Shown in pieces: positions 1 through 9,597 of a stretch of DNA of 64,000 nucleotides. Below the pieces are notes generated by a model. It made no database searches, had not been told where the DNA came from, and saw only the letters and a list, made by a program, of their open reading frames with translations. Made by a program: the position numbers and the translations under genes. The stretch covers positions 320,001-384,000 of the forward strand of contig CAVTJJ010000004.1 of NCBI GenBank assembly GCA_963735035.1, given 5' to 3'. The DNA comes from an uncultured candidate division Zixibacteria bacterium (GTDB taxonomy: Bacteria > Zixibacteria > MSB-5A5 > GN15 > FEB-12). Position 1 is the first letter of the stretch, and the number at the start of each line of letters is the position of its first letter.

Positions 1-158
1 GGTTCAGGGCCCACTGGGGGTGGTTCTTGTTTGTCCACATCCCAACCGCCCTGAGCTTGAGTGAACGGCGCCAACATGGATAGTGCCAAGACAGCCATAG
101 CGGCTGTTCGGATAAGTGTGTTTGTATTCGGCGCGACGCGCCTGCGAATTCCGCCCAT
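1..158 (-). CDS. 5' part of a probable secreted protein, truncated by the window edge
   Basis: ATG at 158, open to the edge: MGGIRRRVAPNTNTLIRTAAMAVLALSMLAPFTQAQGG..., which looks like a signal peptide. Confidence 0.55.
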   Translation of the reverse strand, partial: MGGIRRRVAPNTNTLIRTAAMAVLALSMLAPFTQAQGGWDVDKQEPPPVGPE

Positions 159-224
159 ATCTGCCCTGCTTTCAAGAGTGTGTACCTCCACCAGCGTGGC
201 TGGTGGAGGCGAAACGAGGAGCGA

Positions 225-302
225 CTATTCGTCGCCGCCCCACGGGTGATCGAGCAGGAAGAGGCCGATAACGACCCCAAACTTGAGCATCCAGTAGAGC
301 AT
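225..302 (-). CDS. Putative 25-aa hydrophobic small protein MLYWMLKFGVVIGLFLLDHPWGGDE
   Basis: GGAGGA RBS directly upstream of ATG 302; one hydrophobic segment. Confidence 0.4.
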   Translation of the reverse strand: MLYWMLKFGVVIGLFLLDHPWGGDE

Positions 303-581
303 GAATCCTCCATGCGGTGAAGGGTTGCGGTTGCCCCGTCGCAATTTGTGAGGGATTGCGCGGGTGTGCTTGCAACATAAGAGTATGCACCTCTCGTATG
401 CAGGCTCCCTCGGCTCCGCACAGTGCGACAATTCCACACAGGAAACGAACCGATGTTCGGTTCTGTCACCCGATCCCTAGCGAGAAGAGCCCACTCCGTC
501 TATACCAACTTATTAAATCAAACCCCGGCGCCTTTCAAGAGAAACCTACCTCCTGGCGCCATCATTGTTGATTCCGTTCTA

Positions 582-611
582 ACACTATGCGGGGGGGGGG
601 GATTTTGTCAA
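582..611 (-). promoter_or_regulatory. Putative sigma70 promoter with a C11 tract in the spacer
   Basis: TTGACA (611-606), 18-nt spacer containing C11 (G11 at 591-601 on +), then TAGTGT (587-582). Confidence 0.45.
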
Positions 612-665
612 GCACTTTTTTGCAAAATCATAATGTTTTGTGGTCAGACTCACAGCATAGAGCTT

Positions 666-722
666 GAGATTGCCGCGCTTCGCTGTCCCGCCTGACGGCG
701 GGCCATCTCCGCTCGCAATGAC
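666..722 (-). repeat. Half copy of the 129-bp GTCATTGCGAG...CTCGCGATGAC element
   Basis: Reverse complement closely matches the first ~57 bp of the copies at 18144 and 29947. Confidence 0.85.
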
Positions 723-804
723 GATTAGACAAGCTTCTTCAACATGCCCAAGCGGTAGGGCACACAGAGGGCTTCCTTCACTAATCCCCCCGATACCCGC
801 CGCT

Positions 805-1431
805 CTACTGCAAACTCACCGGCAGGCGACTGTATATCTCATCCAGGAATGATTTTTCGAAACGATCAAGCGCCTCAAGACCTTCAGGCGTGTCTTTGGC
901 GACAAAGCGGATAAACGTCAGATGTCGCGGACTGAGCGTCAGCGACGTCAGCATCTCAAACAGCTTGAGCTGATAATCATTCGACGTCTCGCCCCACGGA
1001 GTAACGTACCAGAAGTCCATCACGTGTCCGGTCTGCTTGTATCTCAAGTGCAGGCGTTTGATGTTCAGCGTGCGGTTGTGAAAAGCGATCGTGTGCGGTT
1101 CCGAACCTTCGACAATCCAACCCGATGCCGGCAGGCAATTCAACGGTGAGTGAGGGCCACCGCGCGGATCGGAGAAACTTCCGAGAAAGAGATTGACCCG
1201 GTTGCCGTCGAGATCGATAAAATTCGTGTTGATGATATGGTCCGGCTTGAGCAGGTCGATCACCCCCGGCGCGACTACTTCCGTCTGTCCGGTCCAGCCG
1301 TCGCGGGACATCGGAAAACCGTCCCACCCGGCAGACTTGAGTGCGGTCGGGGTGCGATACTTGATCACCCATCCGACCAGCGACGCCACTATTAGAATGG
1401 TCGCGATTATGAAGAACGTTTTCCGGGCCAT
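805..1431 (-). CDS. epsI: EpsI-family exosortase-associated protein
   Basis: N-terminal TM, GW-x-G motif, PHSPLNCLPASGW motif; overlaps the exosortase gene end. Confidence 0.85.
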   Translation of the reverse strand: MARKTFFIIATILIVASLVGWVIKYRTPTALKSAGWDGFPMSRDGWTGQTEVVAPGVIDLLKPDHIINTNFIDLDGNRVNLFLGSFSDPRGGPHSPLNCLPASGWIVEGSEPHTIAFHNRTLNIKRLHLRYKQTGHVMDFWYVTPWGETSNDYQLKLFEMLTSLTLSPRHLTFIRFVAKDTPEGLEALDRFEKSFLDEIYSRLPVSLQ

Positions 1432-2261
1432 TTCAGAATCGCTCCCAGGATCATCATCATTATAAGGGCCGAAATAAACACCAGCAGGCCGGATACTTCG
1501 TGCAGGAACGTATCCGCCAGGTCTCTGCTAACAGTATAGGCACCGATGGCCGTCACCAGAATTCGGAACACGTTCGCGGCGATGGCTATCGGGATCATGG
1601 CCAGGGTCAAGAGAATCGCCCGAACTTTTCCGGGCATATAGAGCCAGGAATAGAGCGACCCGAGGGCCAGAAGGGTCACGAGACTTCTAAGTCCGCTGCA
1701 GGCTTCAACTACCTCGAGCGAGTAGCCGGGAAGGTGGATGATATTTCCCTGGCGGATAGCCGGCATTCCAAGTAACTGCAGCAAGGAAGTGGTTGCTTCG
1801 GTGGACAGGAACTGCATCGGCAGAGTCGCCTGGTAGTAGATCACCGCCGGCACCGGCACCATGAACAGCAGGAAGAAGAAGGCGAACCAGATTTTGCGGA
1901 AATTTGTTTTGCCCAGATAGGCCAGTCCGATTCCGGTGATTTGAAGCAGGAGCGACATCCGGGTGATGAAGAACTCCGAGGCGGCCATACCCAGGACCAG
2001 GCCGACACTTCCCACAATGACCATGGCAACACCGAAGCGGCTGCTCTCGGCCGGAAAGACGAGCTCCTTGTGGCGGCGATAGGCGATCCAGATAGCAATA
2101 GGCACGACCAGAAAGCCGTGCGAATAATTGCCGTCCTGAAGCCAGTCCTGGATCAGGTCGTACCAGACATGAAAATTGAGCAGTGACGTGAGCGCGATCA
2201 GGGCGTACGGGTACTTGTGCCGGACTATATGATTTTTTATGGCGCTCCAGTTCTGGGTCAT
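1407..2261 (-). CDS. Exosortase (EpsH family)
   Basis: Multi-TM; YSHG motif; catalytic triad contexts VVEACSGLRS, NVFRI and LHE; start placed at ATG 2261. Confidence 0.92.
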   Translation of the reverse strand: MTQNWSAIKNHIVRHKYPYALIALTSLLNFHVWYDLIQDWLQDGNYSHGFLVVPIAIWIAYRRHKELVFPAESSRFGVAMVIVGSVGLVLGMAASEFFITRMSLLLQITGIGLAYLGKTNFRKIWFAFFFLLFMVPVPAVIYYQATLPMQFLSTEATTSLLQLLGMPAIRQGNIIHLPGYSLEVVEACSGLRSLVTLLALGSLYSWLYMPGKVRAILLTLAMIPIAIAANVFRILVTAIGAYTVSRDLADTFLHEVSGLLVFISALIMMMILGAILKWPGKRSS

Positions 2262-2468
2262 CGGCAATAGTACACCTGTCTTTGGTCTATACGCTCTGGT
2301 TATCGCCATCTTTGGGCCTCGGGGCAAGGTTTTATTTATCAAATGTCGTTGAGCCCAAAGGATTTGGTTGAACCTGCCGAGACAAGAACTATATTCGAGC
2401 GCCCGGCGCCGAACCGGACACCTGTCGCACCGGAAGCGGTCCGGTTCGCGTTCGCAGAATGATTATTT

Positions 2469-3944
2469 ATGGCCGAATCGGTAGCAAAAGAAGCGAAAGT
2501 CATTGCCCGGCATACCGCCGTGTATGGGATGGCGAATGTCCTCGACCGGGCGGTGAGCTTTATCATGCTGCCGGTCTATACCCGCTTTTTGACCCCGGGC
2601 GACTACGGCACCCTTGAACTAATAGGAATGACTGTCACGCTTCTGGCGGTTACCCTTGGGCTGGGAATCGAAGCGGCGGTCAGCCGGTTCTATTTCGACC
2701 ATGAAGATGCCGACAAACGCAACCTGGCGGTCAGTACCGGTCTGCTAGGCTATGGCGCCTTCGCACTCATTTTTGTCGCCGTCCTCGTGCCGTTCTCCGG
2801 GATCCTGGCCAATCTGATACTCGACTCCGCATCATTAGGGAACCTCTTTACGGTTGCCCTGATCGGTCTTGGTCTCAGTTTTATCCAGCCTATCAATCTG
2901 GCCTATCTCCGGGTACAACAGAAATCGGGCACGCTTCTGGTAGTTCAGGTCAGTAAGACACTTTTCAGCCTGGGAATTATCATCGTCCTGGTTGTGGTCA
3001 AAGAGATGGGGGTCTATGGTGTCCTGCTTGGCACTCTCATAAGCGACCTGACCGTTACGGCCATCCTGACCGTCTTCACGCTCAAGAAGACGCGGCCGCG
3101 GGTTGACTGGAAACTGCTCAAGGGCATGATAAAATTCGGGCTGCCGCTGGTCCCGTCTAATATAGCCGCTTACATGGTACAGGCTTCGGACCGGTACTTT
3201 GTCAAAGAGTACATGAATATCAGCTTTACCGGTCTGTACTCGATAGGTTACAAGTTTGGCACCCTCGTACACCAGTTTGTAACGTCGCCCTTTATCCAAA
3301 TCTGGACACCACGTCGATTCGAATATTTCCACAAGGAAGGTTCGGAGTACGTCTTTGCCCGCATCTTTACATATTTCTGTGCCGCATCGCTGTTCGTAGG
3401 GCTCTTCATTTCGCTCCTGGCGAAGGAAGTTATTCATATCATGACCACGGAGCCATTCTGGTCGGCATACCAGATCGTGCCGGTGGTGGTGCTGGCGTAC
3501 ATCGTGTTTTCCTTCCACTATCATTTCAATGTGGGCATCCTGATGAAGAAGGCGACCCGGTACATCGCCTATGTCAACGTCGCCAACGGACTCCTGAACA
3601 TCACGTTGAATATCATCATGATTCGTCGCTGGGGGATGTGGGGCGCGGCGATAGCCACCCTGATATGTTTCGTCTTCAAAGCGGTGATGACTTTCTACTT
3701 CTCGAACCGATTCTATCATATCAGAATCGAATGGCGCCGAATGACTATCTTGTTTGCCGCGGCGTTTATTCTCTTTTTCGGTGGTATTATGATAGACACC
3801 GGTTCGATCTGGTTGGATATTGGACTGAAGATTCTGGTGGGTTTGAGTTACCCGCTGGTTTTGTATTTTATGCGGCTGTTCGACGATTCCGAGATCGACC
3901 GGCTCAAACAAATCATCAAGACGCGGCGACTGTCGCTCGATTAG
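2469..3944 (+). CDS. Oligosaccharide flippase (Wzx/MOP superfamily)
   Basis: ~14 TM; LPVYTRFLTPGDYG, KFGLPLVP, SDRYF and GLYSIGYK motifs. Confidence 0.9.
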   Translation: MAESVAKEAKVIARHTAVYGMANVLDRAVSFIMLPVYTRFLTPGDYGTLELIGMTVTLLAVTLGLGIEAAVSRFYFDHEDADKRNLAVSTGLLGYGAFALIFVAVLVPFSGILANLILDSASLGNLFTVALIGLGLSFIQPINLAYLRVQQKSGTLLVVQVSKTLFSLGIIIVLVVVKEMGVYGVLLGTLISDLTVTAILTVFTLKKTRPRVDWKLLKGMIKFGLPLVPSNIAAYMVQASDRYFVKEYMNISFTGLYSIGYKFGTLVHQFVTSPFIQIWTPRRFEYFHKEGSEYVFARIFTYFCAASLFVGLFISLLAKEVIHIMTTEPFWSAYQIVPVVVLAYIVFSFHYHFNVGILMKKATRYIAYVNVANGLLNITLNIIMIRRWGMWGAAIATLICFVFKAVMTFYFSNRFYHIRIEWRRMTILFAAAFILFFGGIMIDTGSIWLDIGLKILVGLSYPLVLYFMRLFDDSEIDRLKQIIKTRRLSLD

Positions 3945-3979
3945 CTACGGCCCACGCTGCCTGACGAGATGATGTTACG

Positions 3980-5353
3980 ATGAGTATGATGGCTTCGCTT
4001 TCACGCAACGTATTTTTTCCAATGCTCATGGTGTATGAGCGCAGCGCCGTGCGCAAGCATCTGAAGGAACTGGAGAAATCACAGTTCTTTTCGGCCAATC
4101 AGATGCACGAGCTGCAGCTTGAACGTCTCCGGCGGCTGGTTCAGCATGCTTATGCGCATTGTCCGTTCTATCGCAAGAGATTCGATGAGGCGGGATTCAA
4201 TCCCCGGCGGGTGCAATCGCCGGAAGACCTTCAGATTATTCCGGTTCTGACCAAGAAAGAAATCCAGAACCATCTCGATAGTCTCAAAGCGGGCAATCTC
4301 TCAAAGAAGGATCTTCTACCCGACAAGACCGGCGGTTCTACCGGCAGCCCACTGAACTTCTTTGTCAACCAGGATCGCTATTTTTCGCGCAACGCTGCGG
4401 CGCTCCGTCATGACCGCTGGACCGGATGGGATATCGGTGACCGTTCGGCCTATCTCTGGGGTCATCGGGAAGATCTCTCCGCGGTGCAGGGTGTGAAAGC
4501 AGCTTTGCGTAACAGTCTGATTGACCGGCGCATCTTCCTCGATACATCCAGCATAACGGTCGAGAAGCTTGGCAAGTTCACCAAACAACTGCGCTCTTTC
4601 AAACCTAAGATATTCGTCGCCTATGCCAACGCGATGTATCTGTACGCGCGTTATCTATCCGAAACGGGCGTAAAGAAATACTGGCGGCCCTCGGCGATCA
4701 TTACCTCGGCGGAACTTCTCGAATCATACCAGCGCGAGTTAATCGAGCAAGTGTTCGAGTGCAAAGTGTTCGACCGGTATGGTTGCCGCGAGATGGGCAT
4801 AATTGCGTCGGAGTGTGACTGCCACGAAGGCCTTCACGTCTCCGCCGAGTCGGTTCTGGTCGAGACCGTCATTTCCAACCGATCGTCGAAACCCGGACAG
4901 GCCGGGCGGATCGTCATTACCGACCTGCTCAACTACGCTACGCCGTTTATCCGGTATCAGATTCAGGACATCGGCGGCCTCCTCGAACGCAAATGCACCT
5001 GTGGGCGCGGTCTGCCGCTCATGAGTATAGTCGGCGGGCGGGTCACCGACTTTCTGGTCACACCCGACGGGAAGATCATCTCAGGCGCCTCGCTTACTAT
5101 CTACCTGGTAGCAAACACGCCCGGAATTGCGCAGGCGCAGTTCATCCAGGAGAAGAAAGACGAGATCGTCTTTCGCATCGTCCCCGGCAAGGGATATGGC
5201 CCGGAGACGATTCGCCTGCTTGAACAGCAATTGCCCGAGTTCTTCGGCGCGCTGGTGAATTTCAAGTTCGATATTGTCGAATCGATTGCGCCGTCGCCGT
5301 CGGGCAAACATCAGTTCAGCATTTCGAAACTCGACCCCTCGCAATGGTTCTGA
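3980..5353 (+). CDS. Phenylacetate-CoA ligase-like/CapK-family adenylate-forming protein
   Basis: TGGSTG P-loop, YGCREMG, TDLLNYATPFIRY, GRVTD; polysaccharide-locus context. Confidence 0.88.
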   Translation: MSMMASLSRNVFFPMLMVYERSAVRKHLKELEKSQFFSANQMHELQLERLRRLVQHAYAHCPFYRKRFDEAGFNPRRVQSPEDLQIIPVLTKKEIQNHLDSLKAGNLSKKDLLPDKTGGSTGSPLNFFVNQDRYFSRNAAALRHDRWTGWDIGDRSAYLWGHREDLSAVQGVKAALRNSLIDRRIFLDTSSITVEKLGKFTKQLRSFKPKIFVAYANAMYLYARYLSETGVKKYWRPSAIITSAELLESYQRELIEQVFECKVFDRYGCREMGIIASECDCHEGLHVSAESVLVETVISNRSSKPGQAGRIVITDLLNYATPFIRYQIQDIGGLLERKCTCGRGLPLMSIVGGRVTDFLVTPDGKIISGASLTIYLVANTPGIAQAQFIQEKKDEIVFRIVPGKGYGPETIRLLEQQLPEFFGALVNFKFDIVESIAPSPSGKHQFSISKLDPSQWF

Positions 5354-5382
5354 GAATCGGTAATGTTCGACAGTCTATTATC

Positions 5383-5409
5383 TGATCGGCAGGGTTCCAC
5401 CCCTGCCGG
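5383..5409. repeat. REP-like palindrome TGATCGGCAGGGTTCCAnCCCTGCCG
   Basis: Further copies at 8391, 8457, 20271, 39724, 39847, 42305 and 53331, all intergenic. Confidence 0.85.
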
Positions 5410-5417
5410 GTCGATCT

Positions 5418-6632
5418 TCAGACCTCTTTAACCCTCAGGTCACGACCGCGCAGCGCAAACCAGATCGTGCCGAGTATGCCAAAGAAGAACGCCGTCAGGA
5501 AATTCACGGTCGGGCTGATCATCCAGAGCAGCGAACCGCCGAAAGCCGCCAGCGATACAATCGTGTCTCTTATCAAATAGTACAGACCGAACACTGCCGC
5601 CTCGCGCCCGCGAGGAGCGAGATCCATAATCAGCGCCTTGCGGGTCGGTTCGCCGAATTCCTTAAGTCCCCGCACAAAGAAAGCGAATACGAGCAGCCAG
5701 AAGGTGTGCGAGAAGAGCAGAATCAGCGGAAAGATCGCGAAGAATATGAACGTGATGACAACAAACGGCTTCTTGGCGGTCTTATCGGCCCAATACGCAA
5801 CCGGAATATAGCACAGAACCGCGGTAACCATCTCGACTGTTGTTAGTACGCCGAACTCCACCGCTGTCACGGGAGTAGCAATCGTCTTCATCGCCCAGAC
5901 GACCACGAACGCATACGGTATCTGTTCGCAGAAGCGAATCAGGATATCTGAGACCAGCAGGTTCTTCAAATCGGGGCTCATCAGGCGGTACAGTCGGAGC
6001 GGGTTCTTCTCCGCTTCCGGCCGTGAAGTCGCGCCGTGATGGTCATCCTGAATGAGAATCTGCTGCATGATTGCGGCCAGCGCTGCCATGATCAGCGCCG
6101 CGACAAACGCCAAACGCACACCTAGTACTTCGCCCCAGATGCTGATAAACAGTCCACCGATCACCGGTCCGAGCGCCATCGGTATCCGTCGCACGAGGGA
6201 GTGCATCGATACGCCCATGGTTCGCTTGTTCGACGGCAGCATTTTCGCGACGATGCCCATCGTAGCGGGCAGCGAGATCGCGCTCCACGCGAGAAAGAAG
6301 AAGGCGCCGATCAGGACCGCGTAGATCGACGGGAACACGATCACGATCACGAAACCGACCATGGCCATCAGATTGAAAATCAGCAGCGATCGTTTGGCGC
6401 CGATGCGGTCAGCGAGGTATCCGCCAGGGAACGAGTACAATGCGCCGAGAAGGTTTTGAAGTCCACCGAGTAATCCGATTGTCAGCGCACCGCCGCCGAG
6501 CGCCATCAGGTAGATCGGCAGGAACCGCTCGGCCATCCGCTCGCCCATACCCACGAGTATGACCATGCCGAGCAGGGCGACGATGCTCGGTTTGAGGGCG
6601 ACGAAATCGGCGACTTTTCTAAGTTTGGACAT
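5418..6632 (-). CDS. MFS transporter
   Basis: 12-TM pattern; motif A GGYLADRIGAKR. Confidence 0.92.
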   Translation of the reverse strand: MSKLRKVADFVALKPSIVALLGMVILVGMGERMAERFLPIYLMALGGGALTIGLLGGLQNLLGALYSFPGGYLADRIGAKRSLLIFNLMAMVGFVIVIVFPSIYAVLIGAFFFLAWSAISLPATMGIVAKMLPSNKRTMGVSMHSLVRRIPMALGPVIGGLFISIWGEVLGVRLAFVAALIMAALAAIMQQILIQDDHHGATSRPEAEKNPLRLYRLMSPDLKNLLVSDILIRFCEQIPYAFVVVWAMKTIATPVTAVEFGVLTTVEMVTAVLCYIPVAYWADKTAKKPFVVITFIFFAIFPLILLFSHTFWLLVFAFFVRGLKEFGEPTRKALIMDLAPRGREAAVFGLYYLIRDTIVSLAAFGGSLLWMISPTVNFLTAFFFGILGTIWFALRGRDLRVKEV

Positions 6633-6640
6633 CTTCTTTG

Positions 6641-6800
6641 GCCCGCCCAGTGGGTGGGTCTATTTTATCTCTGGATGCCCCGCCTGAAGCGGGGCAAGAC
6701 AGAGGGTTGGCCCGCTCGTGAAGAGTGCCCGGCAGATGCCCACATCTGCCGGCTAGTACGGCAATCTTCGGTACCCCACCCAAACGGGGGGCAAGACAGA
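6641..6800. repeat. Cluster of REP-like hairpins
   Basis: GCCCCGCCTGAAGCGGGGC and GGCAGATGCCCACATCTGCC, both recurring at 53080-53203; the former also at 57320. Confidence 0.75.
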
Positions 6801-6813
6801 GTAGTAATTGTCA

Positions 6814-7245
6814 TCAGCCCTTCGCTACTTGCAGGCGGCACCAGGCGTAGAGGGAGTCATACACCTCGAATTGGTGATGAAGGTTCTCGAGATCGTCGGG
6901 AAAGCGCAGGCTGTAACCGACGGCGATAGCTTCGAGTCCCACAGCCACGGAATCGGTGTCGAATTGGTCGGTATCGGCGGCGTGGACAATTTTCGCCAGA
7001 CGAAGAAGCGCCTTATCAGTCAGTTCGTATTTACGGATGATCGTCTCGAACGAACAGAGGCCGTCGTGATGTCCCAGCTCGACCCCGGGGGCGTCGAAAG
7101 GAATAGCGTCTTCTCGCCGGGCGACCGCATCCACCTGGGATTTAGGCACGAAGAGAAATTCAGCTTCGGAATCTATGAACCGGGTGATGAGCCAGGGGCA
7201 GGCGACGCGGTCAACGTGAACATGAGAGCGGGTGACCCATTTCAT
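6814..7245 (-). CDS. Chromate-resistance ChrB-like protein (C-terminal domain only)
   Basis: MKWVTR..HVDRVACPWLI.RFID, PFD, CSFE and YDSLY.W motifs. Confidence 0.85.
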   Translation of the reverse strand: MKWVTRSHVHVDRVACPWLITRFIDSEAEFLFVPKSQVDAVARREDAIPFDAPGVELGHHDGLCSFETIIRKYELTDKALLRLAKIVHAADTDQFDTDSVAVGLEAIAVGYSLRFPDDLENLHHQFEVYDSLYAWCRLQVAKG

Positions 7246-7316
7246 GAGTGACTCCTGTGTGTATCGTCGTCAATTCAATCTAACCATGCTTCGACAGGCT
7301 CAGCATGACTTCGCAT

Positions 7317-8189
7317 TTACGCCCAATACAGCACCGCGAGCACCGTCAGTATCCATAGCGAGACCGTTATCAAAATCGGCTTGTCCGTTATCAATACTTG
7401 TGTCGGTGAACCGCCCTGCTCTTCTTTGTGGATCAGATACAGATACCGAAAGACACCGTACACCACGAACGGAATCGTCAGGAACAGATTCTCCGTCCCC
7501 AGCTTTTCCGACACCTCGGGCGAAAATGAATACAGCATGTACATCACCACCACCGAGGCGGTCGTCACGCCAATCAACTGATCGAGCAGATACGCCGAGT
7601 ACCGGCTCAAGATGCGACGGTGCGTGATGGCGTCGGCATCCAAGAAGACCAGTTCATGCCGCCGCTTGCCGAATGAAAGAAACAACGCCAGCAGGAGCGT
7701 GTTGATGAGCATCCACTTCGACGCGGGTACGTTGATCGCCAGCGCACCGGCGTAGGCGCGAAGCACAAAACTCAGGCCGACTGTCATGGCGTCGACGATA
7801 ACAATATTCTTAAGTACCGCTGAATAGAGCAGGTTGAGCGCGACGAATGCGACCGCGGCGACAAAGAATTTCCAGTTCATCCACCAGGCGCCGGCCAGTC
7901 CGACCAGGGCCAGGATCGCTCCAAAAACAATCGCTTGGGCCACACCTAAGCGACCTGAGGCTATTGGTCGGTCCTTCTTGAGCGGGTGGTTCCGGTCTTT
8001 GTCTCGGTCGAAGATGTCGTTGAAGGTGTAGACCGCCGACGAGAGCAGGCAGAACAGCGCGGCCGCCGCCAGGGCGAGTTCGAAATAACCCGGGCGCGTC
8101 GCGTCCCCGGCGAAAACAAGAGCCGCCATGACAACCGAGTTCTTCAGCCATTGTCCGGGGCGGGCAATTTTGATCAGGTCACGCCACAT
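7317..8189 (-). CDS. UbiA-family prenyltransferase (decaprenyl-phosphate phosphoribosyltransferase-like)
   Basis: RPGQWLKN, NDIFDRDKDRNHPLKKDRPIASG, GKRRHEL. Confidence 0.9.
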   Translation of the reverse strand: MWRDLIKIARPGQWLKNSVVMAALVFAGDATRPGYFELALAAAALFCLLSSAVYTFNDIFDRDKDRNHPLKKDRPIASGRLGVAQAIVFGAILALVGLAGAWWMNWKFFVAAVAFVALNLLYSAVLKNIVIVDAMTVGLSFVLRAYAGALAINVPASKWMLINTLLLALFLSFGKRRHELVFLDADAITHRRILSRYSAYLLDQLIGVTTASVVVMYMLYSFSPEVSEKLGTENLFLTIPFVVYGVFRYLYLIHKEEQGGSPTQVLITDKPILITVSLWILTVLAVLYWA

Positions 8190-8320
8190 AGATCAGACAC
8201 CCTTGGAAGAAGCCAGAGGTTTCGGTACACCCATGATGGGGGAAGATAACGGGATGGGGGGCTGGAAATCAATTCTTAAATGTCTAATCGACAGTGGGTT
8301 GCATTGGAGGATCGGTCAAG

Positions 8321-8598
8321 ACGGCAGGCACGGAGGCCTGCCGATCAAGAATGGGGCCTGCTTATTAAGAAGAAGGATTTCCATCACCTGTGATCGGCAG
8401 GGTTCCAACCCTGCCGGACCGTCCTTCGCGGCAGGCGCAGAGGCCCACTAACTTAATCGGCAGGGTTCCAGCCCTGTCGGAACGTCCTTCGCGGCAGGCA
8501 CGGAGGCCTGCCGATCAAGAATGGGCCTTCCGATCAAGAATGGGGCCTGCCGATCAAGAATGGGGCCTGCCGATCAAGAATGGGCCTTCCGATCAAGA
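8321..8598. repeat. BIME-like REP mosaic ending in a 19/20-bp tandem array
   Basis: Two ~53-bp units (8393, 8457), then CCGATCAAGAATGGG(G)CCT(T/G) x4 plus a partial copy (8511-8598). Confidence 0.9.
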
Positions 8599-8652
8599 GG
8601 CTTTCTGACCAAAAAGGTTTCTTTTTGCGCCGGTTTGGCTATTATTGCATCA

Positions 8653-9597
8653 ATGATACGCCGCAGACAACGCAAAGTACAAAAGGGGCACCTCGCCCTG
8701 GTGGTTAACAAGCAGGCCGCCAACTTCAGTGAACGAGCTATCGAAAAGCTTATCTCAGCCATCCGCAGCCAGGGGATGGCCTACACCGTCTATGAACCGG
8801 ACTCCGCCGCGGAACTGCTGAAGTCGGCCGAAGTAGCCGCCGGGCTTCGTCAAGCTACCCCTCAACATCCGCGTCCGTACGAACGAGGTGGACCGGTCAC
8901 CGGTCTGGTGGCGTGTGGCGGCGACGGGACTTTCAATCTCGTGGCACGGGCCGCGCTCAAAGCCGGTCTCCCGATAGGGATTTACCCCCAGGGAAAGATG
9001 AACAATCTGTCACAGGCGTTCTATGGCACCTCGGATCCGTCGTCCGCGATCAAGAATCTCCTTTCGGGGAAGGCTCGTGCGAGTGATGTCGCCCTGGCCG
9101 GTAACATCCCCTTCTTTGGATCGATCGGCCTCGGTTTCGCCCCGCAGCTTTTGCAGGAGCTCAAGGATCGATCTCTGCCGCGTCTGTCGCTCAGTTGGTC
9201 GCAACTGGGTTCCAGGACGGCCGCCGGCGTGGTGGTAGAGCGCACGATTGTCAAAGTAGACGCCTTTCGGTTCGAAATCCGCCCCATCATTCTCAATATC
9301 AATGTAGTGAGTCACAGTCTCGGCCTGCCGCTTACGCCGTCGTCGGTGCCGGATGACGGCCAGGTGGAGATGGTTTTCGACGCCGAGCAACCGCCGGGAA
9401 ACTTTTCCGGGTTCACGCGTCTAATCAAGAAGAGGAAGTACCTCTACGGTGACGCATTCCGTCTGTTTCGCGGACGGGAAATATCGATCGAGCCGGTGGC
9501 CGGACGGATGTTGTATCTCGACGGCGAATTGATCAAGCTGCCGACCGATCTGCTGGAAGTCAGGATTGAAAACGAAAAGCTACAAGTGTTGTGTTAG
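8653..9597 (+). CDS. Diacylglycerol kinase catalytic-domain family protein
   Basis: GGDGTFN and LDGE motifs; start moved to ATG 8653 because the upstream ORF part is tandem repeat. Confidence 0.8.
   Translation: MIRRRQRKVQKGHLALVVNKQAANFSERAIEKLISAIRSQGMAYTVYEPDSAAELLKSAEVAAGLRQATPQHPRPYERGGPVTGLVACGGDGTFNLVARAALKAGLPIGIYPQGKMNNLSQAFYGTSDPSSAIKNLLSGKARASDVALAGNIPFFGSIGLGFAPQLLQELKDRSLPRLSLSWSQLGSRTAAGVVVERTIVKVDAFRFEIRPIILNINVVSHSLGLPLTPSSVPDDGQVEMVFDAEQPPGNFSGFTRLIKKRKYLYGDAFRLFRGREISIEPVAGRMLYLDGELIKLPTDLLEVRIENEKLQVLC

Noticed and set aside
2835..3911. 358-aa antisense ORF
   Set aside because: Shadow of the flippase gene; no recognisable motifs.
805..5353. PEP-CTERM substrate near the exosortase
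   Set aside because: No ORF in the window ends in PEP + TM + basic tail.
8321..8598. Possible CRISPR array
   Set aside because: Units are directly adjacent with no unique spacers, and there are no cas genes in the window.
8521..8652. N-terminal extension of the DAG-kinase ORF
   Set aside because: It is translation of the tandem repeat; ATG 8653 is more plausible.
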